Shown here one piece after another: positions 37,525 to 45,925 of a stretch of DNA of 64,000 bases (positions are counted from its first letter, which is position 1; each line of letters starts with the position of its first letter). Under the pieces are notes generated by a model, which was given only the letters and a program-made list of their open reading frames with translations, had not been told where the DNA came from and searched no databases. The position numbers and the translations under genes are program-made. Source of the DNA: Candidatus Aenigmatarchaeota archaeon (GTDB lineage: Archaea > Aenigmatarchaeota > Aenigmatarchaeia > GW2011-AR5); contig JAZDNV010000001.1 in assembly GCA_043799385.1 (NCBI GenBank), forward strand, positions 32,265-96,264. The letters run 5' to 3'.

Positions 37525-38127
37525 TTACGCCGTTATATTTACCACAGGCGCGGTTTCAGCTCCAGGCGTTATTGCCTCAAACATCGTCTTCTCCACCATA
37601 CCCATCCAACCCGCCACTATATTAGATGGTATGAATTTGACAAGATTATTGTAATTCCTTACAGCGTCGTTATAATTTGTTCTCGATACTGCAACGCGGT
37701 TTTCCGTTCCTGCTAATTCATCCATTAACGCTGTAACTGTCTTATCCGCCTTGAGTTCTGGGTAGTTTTCATACGTAGCGAATATGGTTTTCAATGCAGC
37801 TTCGATTTCATTCGCAGTAGCGACACGCTCTTCTGGCGCCGTTGCAGTCATCCACTGGCTTCTGAGCGACGTCACTTTTGTAAGAACTTCTTTTTCGAAT
37901 GCCATGTACCCTTTGACAGAGTTAACGAGATTCGGTATCAAATCAACACGTCTCTGATATTGGACTTCCACGTTTCCCCACGCGGTCTTGACGTTCTGGT
38001 CAGCAGATATCAAGGCATTGTACGTTCCTACGTACCACATGAGAAGTATAAACAGTATTGCGACAATCGCGCCGATGTATAGCCATTTGTTCATTGTGTT
38101 CGCGGTTTTCTTTGCCATAACAATCAA
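37525..38127 (-). CDS. lemA: LemA family membrane protein
   Basis: N-terminal TM plus the conserved YNALISADQNVKTAWGNVEVQYQRRVDLIPNLV LemA core. Confidence 0.8.
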   Translation of the reverse strand: MIVMAKKTANTMNKWLYIGAIVAILFILLMWYVGTYNALISADQNVKTAWGNVEVQYQRRVDLIPNLVNSVKGYMAFEKEVLTKVTSLRSQWMTATAPEERVATANEIEAALKTIFATYENYPELKADKTVTALMDELAGTENRVAVSRTNYNDAVRNYNNLVKFIPSNIVAGWMGMVEKTMFEAITPGAETAPVVNITA

Positions 38128-38147
38128 TTGAAATTAATCTTTAAATA

Positions 38148-38942
38148 TTATCGACCTGCGCCGCCCCCGCCGCCAGAGCCACCGCCGAATCCGCCACCAG
38201 AACCGCCAAACCCGCCACCACCAAAACCTGCGAAGAACACAGACGATTTTCTTGCCTTCTTTTTCTTGAATTTTCGCTTGCAGAACTTGCATATGTAGTA
38301 ATCTCCATTTGATTCAAGCTTTCTCGAACCACATGTCGGGCATTTCGGCTTTGCAAAAATAATCGCGATTATCATAAAAATGCCGAACAAAATAAATGGA
38401 AATAAGCTAGTGATGAGGATTATTATATCAAAGACTATACCATCGTCCCACGAACCCATACCCGAATCAATCGGTATGTATTTACCTTCAAGCACACTCA
38501 TGACTTCAGAAACAATTATGTAAGCTGCTTGTGAGTAATCACCATTTTCGTAATAAGGAAGTGCGTCGTCCAGTATTCTGCCAGCTGTCGCATCTGTTAT
38601 ATAACCTTCCATGCCATAACCAAGCTCGATTCGCATCCTATTACCAGGTGTGCCATTGGCAATAATCAAAAGAAGCAAACCATTATCCTCGTCTTTTTTG
38701 CCTATGCCCCACGTTGTTAAAATCTTGTAGGCATACGTCTCCATCGTCTCATCACTTGGCAGAGCCGTTAATGTGACTATCGCGAACTCGACGCTGCTAT
38801 TCCGCTCCATTTCCACAAGCATTGATTCTAATATATCTTTATTGTCGAGTATACCGGCATAATCGTTGACGTAACCGATCGACTTAGGCGCGTCTGTTGC
38901 AAGAGCGATTGAAATAATCAAGAGAAGAACGACTGCTCGCTT
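38148..38942 (-). CDS. TPM-domain (TLP18.3/Psb32/MOLO-1) membrane protein with Gly-rich C-terminal tail
   Basis: Signal peptide, TPM domain (YVNDYAGILD...), a TM segment, a CxxC...CxxC ribbon and a GGGFGG repeat tail. The ORF-track start at 38996 runs through tRNA-Glu and is trimmed to MKRAVV. Confidence 0.75.
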   Translation of the reverse strand, partial: KRAVVLLLIISIALATDAPKSIGYVNDYAGILDNKDILESMLVEMERNSSVEFAIVTLTALPSDETMETYAYKILTTWGIGKKDEDNGLLLLIIANGTPGNRMRIELGYGMEGYITDATAGRILDDALPYYENGDYSQAAYIIVSEVMSVLEGKYIPIDSGMGSWDDGIVFDIIILITSLFPFILFGIFMIIAIIFAKPKCPTCGSRKLESNGDYYICKFCKRKFKKKKARKSSVFFAGFGGGGFGGSGGGFGGGSGGGGGAGR

Positions 38943-38944
38943 CA

Positions 38945-39035
38945 TAATGCTCCGTACGGGATTTGAACCCGTGTCAGCGGCTCGAAAGGCCACCATCCTA
39001 TCGGCTCTATGTAGTTGGCCGGGCTAGACTAACGG
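38945..39035 (-). tRNA. tRNA-Glu (anticodon UUC) with a roughly 17-nt non-canonical intron in the D-arm region
   Basis: Acceptor GCTCCGT/ACGGAGC plus A; anticodon stem GTGGC/GCCGC, loop CTTTCGA; T-arm ACGGG-TTCAAAT-CCCGT. The D region is 37 nt against about 19 expected; the extra block is CTACATAGAGCCGATAG. Confidence 0.65.
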
Positions 39036-39051
39036 AGCTTGCCTATAAAAA

Positions 39052-39402
39052 CTAACGGGAACCTTTTTTAAACACCATTTTCTGCCTATCTATTAAGGCT
39101 CTCTGCTTCCTTATTGTTAACTTGAGGTCATTCACCTGGCGTGCAAGTTCCTTCCCATGCTTTTTGCTCAGTTCTTCTGTCTTTATGAGTATGAATATCG
39201 CTACCACAACGACTACAGTCACTATGATTGCTGCGATGAACTTTGCTAATATTTTCTGCTCTTCAGGCATAAACTCCTCTATAGCTGATTTTACTACGTC
39301 GTTCCAAAATAGACCAACGACCAGCGTCAGCGCTGTTATCATTGCTGTTACCATCATGCCGGATATATCCGACTTTTTTGCATGCTCTTCCATTGTTCCC
39401 AT
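39052..39402 (-). CDS. Hypothetical membrane protein (two TM helices, basic coiled-coil tail)
   Basis: 116 aa with two hydrophobic helices, then KKHGKELARQVNDLKLTIRKQRALIDRQ. Confidence 0.4.
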   Translation of the reverse strand: MGTMEEHAKKSDISGMMVTAMITALTLVVGLFWNDVVKSAIEEFMPEEQKILAKFIAAIIVTVVVVVAIFILIKTEELSKKHGKELARQVNDLKLTIRKQRALIDRQKMVFKKGSR

Positions 39403-39948
39403 TTACTCACCACCAATATATTTTATTACAAATGTCCTTATTTCCTTATTTTTTATCATTGATATATTCCTTTCCTTCCAGAAACCTTCAATGGGTTTCT
39501 TGTAATTACCACGGTCATGGTATATCTTTGCCTGAATCAGGCGCTCGGCTATATCAATGTCTCTTACAAAGACAGACTCCCGCGTTTTCTGCTGGTTGTA
39601 CTCTTCCCATAAAGCGATAACCTCTTTCCGGGTTTTCGCGCTCAGAGATGATGTCATTTTCTTGACGGCCTTTTCCTCCTTTTCCATCTTTTCTTTTTCA
39701 GTCACAGTTCCTCCGCTAGGCCAGTTCTCCTTTGTAATTATATCACCAACCACTGATTCTGCCAAATCGTGAATTAACGCCATTTTTATCACCTTTTTCT
39801 CATCCACGTTTTTTGCAAGCAACATTGACAAGACTGCAGCCATGAAACTATGCTCTGCGCTGCTTTCCGGATTTTTAACACCGCGTTCAACCCAACCGGT
39901 TCGTTTAATATCCTTGAGTTTGTTTACATAACCGATGAATTCATGCAT
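39403..39948 (-). CDS. HD-domain phosphohydrolase (YfbR-like 5'-nucleotidase family)
   Basis: H...HD...D motif set (EHSFMAAVL...IHDLAESVVGDI). Start trimmed to MHEFIGY because the ORF-track N-terminus overlaps tRNA-Val. Confidence 0.75.
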   Translation of the reverse strand: MHEFIGYVNKLKDIKRTGWVERGVKNPESSAEHSFMAAVLSMLLAKNVDEKKVIKMALIHDLAESVVGDIITKENWPSGGTVTEKEKMEKEEKAVKKMTSSLSAKTRKEVIALWEEYNQQKTRESVFVRDIDIAERLIQAKIYHDRGNYKKPIEGFWKERNISMIKNKEIRTFVIKYIGGE

Positions 39949-39949
39949 A

Positions 39950-40050
39950 TGGGTCGGGGCAGAATTGAACTGCCGGCCTCCACGTTGTAAGCGTGGCGTC
40001 ATACCAATTTCCGCAGACGGCTTTAGCCGTCAACGCTAGACCACCGACCC
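39950..40050 (-). tRNA. tRNA-Val (anticodon UAC) with a 28-nt non-canonical intron in the D-loop
   Basis: Acceptor GGGTCGG/CCGACCC plus A; anticodon stem CCACG/CGTGG, loop CTTACAA; T-arm GGCAG-TTCAATT-CTGCC; variable AGGCC. The D-arm GTCTAG[CGTTGACGGCTAAAGCCGTCTGCGGAAA]TTGGTATGAC becomes canonical once the hairpin-forming 28-nt block is removed. Confidence 0.65.
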
Positions 40051-40053
40051 GAG

Positions 40054-40186
40054 CGCTGGGAGAGGGAAGTTCCCAACCAATTCTTTCCGTTACCGCTTTT
40101 CAAGAAAGGGTTGTTTTGAACCCTCGCTCCCTTTCGGGAACAGGTTTAGCAAACCTGCGCCTTAAACCAGACTTGGCTATCCCAGC
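40054..40186 (-). tRNA. tRNA-Ser (anticodon GCU) with a 47-nt intron inside the T-loop at 59/60
   Basis: Acceptor GCTGGGA/TCCCAGC with discriminator G; D-stem GCC/GGC with a 13-nt loop; anticodon stem CAGGT/ACCTG, loop TTGCTAA; long variable arm TTCCCGAAAGGGAGC; T-stem GAGGG/CCCTC with loop TTCAAA^T interrupted by 47 nt. Confidence 0.65.
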
Positions 40187-40312
40187 AACGCTTATAGACA
40201 CGGTCTTTTATCATCTTTCTGCGTCATTTCTCTTGTGCCTTTAAATACACTAAACAATAAATAATAACAATTTTAAATATTTTGATAGACTAAGATAAAT
40301 AGGAGGATTTTT

Positions 40313-40603
40313 ATGACAATAAACGTTAAGAGTTTTTCTGACATGACGAGAAAGGACGTTTTCACAACCAAAGGAGTGTATTGCGGCAAGGTCACGGATA
40401 TCGAGCTGGATTTGGAGAAATTCAAGGTCCGTTCACTGGTCATCGATGCTATAAAAGGTTCGTTTCTTGCGTCGTTAGTAGGCGACAAGAAGGGCGTAAT
40501 CATTCCTTACGCAATGGTCCAGTCAGTTGGCGACGTGGTCATCATAAAGCATGTGGCACCGCCTGCAGTCAACTCAGAAGGCATTGAAGAAGAAACGAAA
40601 TAG
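40313..40603 (+). CDS. PRC-barrel domain protein
   Basis: VFTTKGVYCGKVTDIELDLEKFKVRSLVID...IIPYAMVQSVGDVVII is a PRC-barrel pattern. Confidence 0.55.
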   Translation: MTINVKSFSDMTRKDVFTTKGVYCGKVTDIELDLEKFKVRSLVIDAIKGSFLASLVGDKKGVIIPYAMVQSVGDVVIIKHVAPPAVNSEGIEEETK

Positions 40604-40632
40604 ATTAATTTCTTTTTATATATATTTCTAGT

Positions 40633-41091
40633 GTGGTTATGATTACATTTTACATATATGGGGAGGGTGCAGACCTGGCGAGGCGAATACTAGGTCGTGC
40701 TTGTTCTTTATCAGGATTTGAAGTACAGGACTTATACGCCAGCATAGGCTATGTCAAGATAGACAAGGGACCCTTATTATCTAAAGATATACCAGAACCG
40801 GATATAATACTTGCTCCGGATAAAAAGGCTTCAATCAAGACAAAAGACCCGAGTATAGTTATAGTGAATTCTGTGCAGAAAATCGCGTACAAGAAAGGCG
40901 TCAAGTGCCATTATTTGGATGCAGACAAGATTGCAAATACGACGAACGCTGATTTGTCTATAGTTATGCTCGGTGCGCTGACCAAGGTATTCAGCAAGCT
41001 CTCTCTGAAGAACATGAGAGAAGCTATTAGAGTAGAATGCGGGGAGGACAAAATCACCGGTTTGGAAGAGGGGTTCAGGGCGGTAAGATGA
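40633..41091 (+). CDS. porG: Pyruvate/2-oxoacid:ferredoxin oxidoreductase gamma subunit
   Basis: Conserved PorG core (ILAPDKKASIKTKDPSIVIVNS...). First gene of the translationally coupled porGDA-x-B cluster. Confidence 0.8.
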   Translation: MVMITFYIYGEGADLARRILGRACSLSGFEVQDLYASIGYVKIDKGPLLSKDIPEPDIILAPDKKASIKTKDPSIVIVNSVQKIAYKKGVKCHYLDADKIANTTNADLSIVMLGALTKVFSKLSLKNMREAIRVECGEDKITGLEEGFRAVR

Positions 41092-41342
41092 AAACAGAAG
41101 AAGAAATCAAAATCGATGCAAAAAAGATAGAATACCCACTATCAGAAAAGCCGAAACGTGTATTCAAGCCGAAAATCGAATCAAGAAAATGTACCAGATG
41201 CATGATGTGCGTCGTGATGTGCCCTGACAACGCGATAGAACCGCGTGACGGAAGCGTAGGCATAAACTATGACAAATGCAAGGGCTGCCTTATCTGCCTT
41301 CGCGAGTGCCCGTTCAACGCAATAACTGAGGAGAGAGAATGA
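41088..41342 (+). CDS. porD: Pyruvate/2-oxoacid:ferredoxin oxidoreductase delta subunit (2x[4Fe-4S] ferredoxin)
   Basis: Two CxxCxxCxxxCP motifs (CTRCMMCVVMCP and CKGCLICLRECP). Start set at Met18 of the ORF-track ORF, overlapping the porG stop. Confidence 0.85.
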   Translation: MKTEEEIKIDAKKIEYPLSEKPKRVFKPKIESRKCTRCMMCVVMCPDNAIEPRDGSVGINYDKCKGCLICLRECPFNAITEERE

Positions 41343-42370
41343 AAAAAGAGCTGTTTTCCGGATACGATGCTGCGGCATATGGAGCAATGCTAGCAAGCGT
41401 TGGATTTATTCCGATATATCCTACGTCGTTCGCAAGCGAGATAGCTAATAAAATCAGTTATTCAGGGCAAGAAGCGTGCAAAATAACAGGATTTGAATCA
41501 CAGTCGTCTGCACTAGCTGCAGCGATAGGCAGCGAGGCCTGCGAGAGAAGAACGTTTGTCGCATCCAACTCGTTGGAAGCAATGCAGGAATTTTATGACA
41601 TGTCAGCTATGCGTTTGCCAATCGTATCGGTTATGAAAAGCCATAGAATTTTCGCTCTGCGCGATTCAGGCTTTATAATATTTTTACCAGAGTCTAATCA
41701 GGAGATTTTGGATACAGTCATACAGGCGTACAGGATATGCGAGGATAGCAAGGTCCTTTTGCCTGCTATAATTAATGTGGATTCTCCTGGCTTTCGCGAA
41801 ACTATAATCGTTCCGAACAAAAAGGCTATCGAGGCGTTTTTGCCAAAGCTGAGGTTGCAAAGCAAGTTGGATTTCAAGAATCCGTTGCCCATGACCAAAG
41901 ACAGCAAGATAGCAATACAACTGGCAATGAAAAGTTCATTGAAACTAATAGAAAAAATAGATGAGAAATGGAAGATAAAGTTCAAGCGCAGCTACGGTCT
42001 TGTAGAGAAATACTTCCTAGATGATGCAGAGTATGCGTTTGTAGTTGCTGGTTACAACGCCCCTACTGCAAAGAGTGTTGTAAAAAAGCTTAGAGAGCAA
42101 GGAGAAAAGGTCGGGCTATTGCGGCTTCGCGTCTTCAGGCCGTTCCCAGACGAGAACGTCAAAACGGCACTGAAAAATGTAAAGAGGGTAGCTGTCGTCG
42201 AGCAGAACGTTTCCTTAGGTGATTTGGGTGTATTTTATCAGGAAGTAAAGCAAAGCTGCGGCTTTTGCAGCGATTTCATACCGATGAAATACATGAACGA
42301 AAAGGATTTCTTTGATATTTTTGCAAGGCTAAAAAAGGCAGAGAAAGAAGAGCGATTATGGGTCGATTAG
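41339..42370 (+). CDS. porA: Pyruvate/2-oxoacid:ferredoxin oxidoreductase alpha subunit (divergent, short)
   Basis: FSGYDAAAYGAMLASVGFIPIYPTSFASEI is the PorA N-terminal signature. Its stop overlaps the next start (TAGATG). Confidence 0.75.
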   Translation: MKKELFSGYDAAAYGAMLASVGFIPIYPTSFASEIANKISYSGQEACKITGFESQSSALAAAIGSEACERRTFVASNSLEAMQEFYDMSAMRLPIVSVMKSHRIFALRDSGFIIFLPESNQEILDTVIQAYRICEDSKVLLPAIINVDSPGFRETIIVPNKKAIEAFLPKLRLQSKLDFKNPLPMTKDSKIAIQLAMKSSLKLIEKIDEKWKIKFKRSYGLVEKYFLDDAEYAFVVAGYNAPTAKSVVKKLREQGEKVGLLRLRVFRPFPDENVKTALKNVKRVAVVEQNVSLGDLGVFYQEVKQSCGFCSDFIPMKYMNEKDFFDIFARLKKAEKEERLWVD

Positions 42371-42793
42371 ATGCGCATGGGAAGGGAGTTCTACGTCAAG
42401 AATTACGACAAGGTCGTGGAACTGTATGAAAGCGGATTAACGATAAGCGAGATTGCAGAGCAGATGAAGATTTCATATTCATGCGTTTATCACTGGGTCA
42501 AGGGACTGAGAAAACCAGATATAGGCAAGCTCAACGAATTCGAGGATTTTCTGAAGGAAGGACCAAAACCCGTTACTGATGTGAAAGAAAAGTTCCCGAA
42601 GCATAACGAGCTATACCTGGTTGCGACCAGACGCGGAATGCCGATAAAGAGGCATGTGTTAAAAAGGAAATTCGGCGATTATTCAACATGGTATTACATC
42701 ACTGGGCAGGAAACAGCGCTCAAGGAGCAGGTAAGCGAGTTATTCAGCAAATATAAAGAGTTGAAAGAAAAAATAGTAAAGGCGATTGGTTGA
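42371..42793 (+). CDS. Helix-turn-helix protein encoded inside the por operon, function unknown
   Basis: 140 aa with an HTH (GLTISEIAEQMKISYSCVYHWVKG). The start is fused to the porA stop (tagATG) and the stop overlaps the porB ATG (TGATG), so it is translationally coupled on both sides. Confidence 0.5.
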   Translation: MRMGREFYVKNYDKVVELYESGLTISEIAEQMKISYSCVYHWVKGLRKPDIGKLNEFEDFLKEGPKPVTDVKEKFPKHNELYLVATRRGMPIKRHVLKRKFGDYSTWYYITGQETALKEQVSELFSKYKELKEKIVKAIG

Positions 42794-43554
42794 TGGAAGA
42801 AGAGATGATAGAGATGCAGGAGAAGAAGATAGTCATACCTGAAGAGGTAAAGAATCTTCCATGGAAGCATATTTTCAATGGCAACAACCTTTGTCGTGGT
42901 TGCGGCGCTATCCTTGGATTGAAATTGGCTTTGCAAGCATTCGGCGAATCGGTATTAGTCATTACGCCAGGTTGCGTGAGCGATATAAGAAAGTATATGG
43001 CTCTGCCAAGCGTAGAGATGGCAAACCCGTCTGTTGCAAGCGGTATCACAAAGAAGGTAATAGTTTTTGCAGACGACGTTGCCACTGCCGCAAATCTGCA
43101 AGGCGTTGTTTCAATGGCAGAGAGAAATGAAAACATTCTATACATATGCAATAACAACCAGGTCGTGGAAAGAAGATTCACAAAGTGCGTTCCAGCGAGT
43201 TACGTTGCCACGGCATCAGTTTCGCATCCAGATGACTACATAAAAAAACTGAAAAAGGCTATTTCACACGAAGGATTCAGGTTCATAGACCTATTTTGCC
43301 CCTGTCCAAAAGAATGGGAATTTGACGCTTCAAACATGGCAGAGGTTGCACGTATTGCGGTTGAGACAGGTTTCTGGCCGCTCTTTGAGGTCGAGAATAA
43401 AAAACTTGAAGTTACCGTCAAGACGCCAAGACTAGAGCCAATAGAAAGATATTTCGGCATGCAGAAAAGGTATAATAATTTCAAGGAAACGGAAAAGCTG
43501 AAAGAAAAAATAAGCAAAAATTACAAGTCTCTGACAGAAGGAAAGTTGTTATGA
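42793..43554 (+). CDS. porB: Pyruvate/2-oxoacid:ferredoxin oxidoreductase beta subunit (TPP-binding; divergent motif)
   Basis: CRGCGAILGLKLALQ and ILYICNNNQVV match the PorB pattern. The usual GDG of the TPP motif reads ADD here. Confidence 0.7.
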   Translation: MEEEMIEMQEKKIVIPEEVKNLPWKHIFNGNNLCRGCGAILGLKLALQAFGESVLVITPGCVSDIRKYMALPSVEMANPSVASGITKKVIVFADDVATAANLQGVVSMAERNENILYICNNNQVVERRFTKCVPASYVATASVSHPDDYIKKLKKAISHEGFRFIDLFCPCPKEWEFDASNMAEVARIAVETGFWPLFEVENKKLEVTVKTPRLEPIERYFGMQKRYNNFKETEKLKEKISKNYKSLTEGKLL

Positions 43555-43758
43555 AAAATAAAAATAAAAAAAGCTAATCTTTATTTATCATTTATTTCTT
43601 CTTTTTCTTCTTTGCCATTTTTATCACCATTTTAATAATTAATTTTATTATGTGCGACCCAGTTTAAATAGTTTTTGCGGAATTTGCCCGAAAATTAATT
43701 CAACGAGCGAATTTTTCAACCAATCGAAAATAAAAACAGGTAAATGCAATATTGAAAT

Positions 43759-45462
43759 ATGAAAAACATAATCAAGAAAAGGCCAAGAGTAAAACCTAAT
43801 TTAGAGGACTATGATTCTAGTTATAAAAAATTTAATTGGAAATCCGCAGAAAAAGAGATAGAATTCTTTGGGAAAAAGCTAAACGTCGCTTACAACGCAG
43901 TTGACAGGCATGCAAAAACGTGGAGAAAAAACAAAATTGCTTTATATTGGGACGGCAACGACAGGGAAGAAAAATACACGTTTCAGGAACTATCCGACCT
44001 CTCAAACAAGTTTGCGAACGTTCTGAAAAAGTTAAAAATAAAGAAGGGCGACCGGGTATTCATATTCCTTCCACGGGTTCCTGAGCTCTATGTTGCATTT
44101 CTGGGAATACTGAAGACAGGTGCAATAGCAGGAACGCTCTTCTCGGCTTTCGGGCCAACCGCATTAAAGGATCGGTTGCAGAACAGCGGGGCAACTGCTC
44201 TAATAACAAACAACGATCTGAAGGGCCGCGTTTATGAGATAATTAAGGACACAGAGTTGAAGCACATGATAATAGTCGATGGCGGGAGGGGCAAAGAAAT
44301 CGATTATCATAAAGCGATGGCCAAGACCTCGAGAAAATTCAATATCGCTAAAATGAGGCGCGGCGAACCGGCGTTCATGCTGTATACGAGCGGAACGACA
44401 GGAAAGCCAAAGGGAGTCGTGCATTGCCATCAGGCGATTCTGCATGAGCATATGACAGCAAAATGGGTCCTGGATTTTCATGATGATGACGTCTACTGGT
44501 GCACTGCTGACCCGGGTTGGGTAACAGGAATTGCCTATGAGATAATAGGTTCGTTATCAAACGGCGTTTCGTCCGTTGTTTACGAGGGCAAGTTTGACCC
44601 TGAAAAATGGTACAGCACCATAGAAAAATACCGCGTCACGATATGGTACACTGCGCCAACAGCGATAAGGATGCTCGCAGCTGCTGGCAACGTGCATAAA
44701 AAATATGATCTATCGTCGTTAAGGCATCTGTGCAGCGTTGGCGAACCGCTCAATCCAGAGCCGATAAGATGGTCGATTAAAACTCTGAAGAAACCGTTCC
44801 ATGACAACTGGTGGCAGACAGAAACAGGCGGAATACTCATAGCAAACTACCCATCAATGCCAATCAAACCGGGTTCTATGGGAAAACCTATCCCGGGCGT
44901 TACCGCAGGCATAGTCGACGATAACGGAAAAGAATTGCCAACAGGAAAAGAGGGCAATCTCGCAATAAGGCCGGGTTGGCCGAGCATGATGAAAAGGATA
45001 TGGAAAAGGCCAAAGAAGTATCGTGAATACTTCAATAACGGCTGGTATATTTCCGGGGACAGGGCGTACAAGGACAAAGACGGTTATTTCTGGTTCATCG
45101 GCCGAGCAGATGACGTCATAAAAACAAGCGGAGAGCGCGTCGGCCCGTTCGAAGTCGAGTCAGCATTGATAGAGCATCCTGCTGTTGTAGAGTCAGGCGT
45201 GATAGGCAAGCCTGACCCTGTTCGTGGCGAGATAATAAAGGCATTCATTGTTCTCGCCAAAGGGTATAAACCAGGAAAAAGGCTGGAAGGCAGCATAAAG
45301 GAGTTTGTAAAGAAGCGTCTTGCTGGACACGCTTATCCCAGAGAGATAGAATTTGTCGATTCGCTGCCAAAGACGCAGAGCGGAAAGATAGTCAGAAGAT
45401 TCCTCAAGGCAAAAGAACTTGGCCTGCCAACAGGCGATACGTCAACGCTTGAAAAATTCTAG
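43759..45462 (+). CDS. AMP-forming acyl-CoA synthetase (acetyl-CoA synthetase-like)
   Basis: AMP-binding signature YTSGTTGKPKGV, hinge/A8 region GWYISGDRAYKDKDGYFWFIGRADDVIK, and C-terminal PKTQSGKIVRR. Confidence 0.85.
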   Translation: MKNIIKKRPRVKPNLEDYDSSYKKFNWKSAEKEIEFFGKKLNVAYNAVDRHAKTWRKNKIALYWDGNDREEKYTFQELSDLSNKFANVLKKLKIKKGDRVFIFLPRVPELYVAFLGILKTGAIAGTLFSAFGPTALKDRLQNSGATALITNNDLKGRVYEIIKDTELKHMIIVDGGRGKEIDYHKAMAKTSRKFNIAKMRRGEPAFMLYTSGTTGKPKGVVHCHQAILHEHMTAKWVLDFHDDDVYWCTADPGWVTGIAYEIIGSLSNGVSSVVYEGKFDPEKWYSTIEKYRVTIWYTAPTAIRMLAAAGNVHKKYDLSSLRHLCSVGEPLNPEPIRWSIKTLKKPFHDNWWQTETGGILIANYPSMPIKPGSMGKPIPGVTAGIVDDNGKELPTGKEGNLAIRPGWPSMMKRIWKRPKKYREYFNNGWYISGDRAYKDKDGYFWFIGRADDVIKTSGERVGPFEVESALIEHPAVVESGVIGKPDPVRGEIIKAFIVLAKGYKPGKRLEGSIKEFVKKRLAGHAYPREIEFVDSLPKTQSGKIVRRFLKAKELGLPTGDTSTLEKF

Positions 45463-45510
45463 TTTCGTGTGCGCGAAAGATATTTATATTGGGTAAAATA
45501 ATTATAAACC

Positions 45511-45915
45511 ATGAAAGGAATAACGCCTGTTGTAGCCACAATTCTATTGTTGCTTGTGACAATATCAATGGTCGGCTTTGCATTCATATGGTTCAACCGT
45601 GTGATGGGTTCGGCAACAGAATCCATAGCTAACCAGACTGATACTGAAACATCGAAAATGCAGATGAAGGTAAAGATAGACAACATAAACAAGGCAAGCG
45701 ATATAGTTTATATCCGCAACGACGGCTCGAGAAGCATCGAAACGTCCAGAATAATCGTTTACGTCGACGGAACCACGCTTGCTACGTGTACATGGAGTTC
45801 GACTACCGTCGTGCCGAATGAGGTTGTAAGTTGTACGGTAACAACACCTGATATCAGCAGTTGCTCAACGATAAAAGCAACATCGCCTGGAACAGGCGAC
45901 ACGCTTTCATGCTAG
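45511..45915 (+). CDS. Archaeal type IV pilin / archaellin-like protein with class III signal peptide
   Basis: MKGITPVVATILLLLVTISMVGFAFIWF is a class III (prepilin peptidase-processed) signal. The remainder is Thr/Ser-rich. Confidence 0.6.
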   Translation: MKGITPVVATILLLLVTISMVGFAFIWFNRVMGSATESIANQTDTETSKMQMKVKIDNINKASDIVYIRNDGSRSIETSRIIVYVDGTTLATCTWSSTTVVPNEVVSCTVTTPDISSCSTIKATSPGTGDTLSC

Positions 45916-45925
45916 TTCAGCTTTT

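Noticed and set aside
42793-43554. porB as a pseudogene because the TPP GDG motif reads ADD
   Set aside because: The ORF is intact and full length, is translationally coupled to the upstream gene, and the other PorB signatures (CxGCG, ILYICxNNQ) are conserved. It is treated as a divergent functional gene and flagged in the por operon finding instead.
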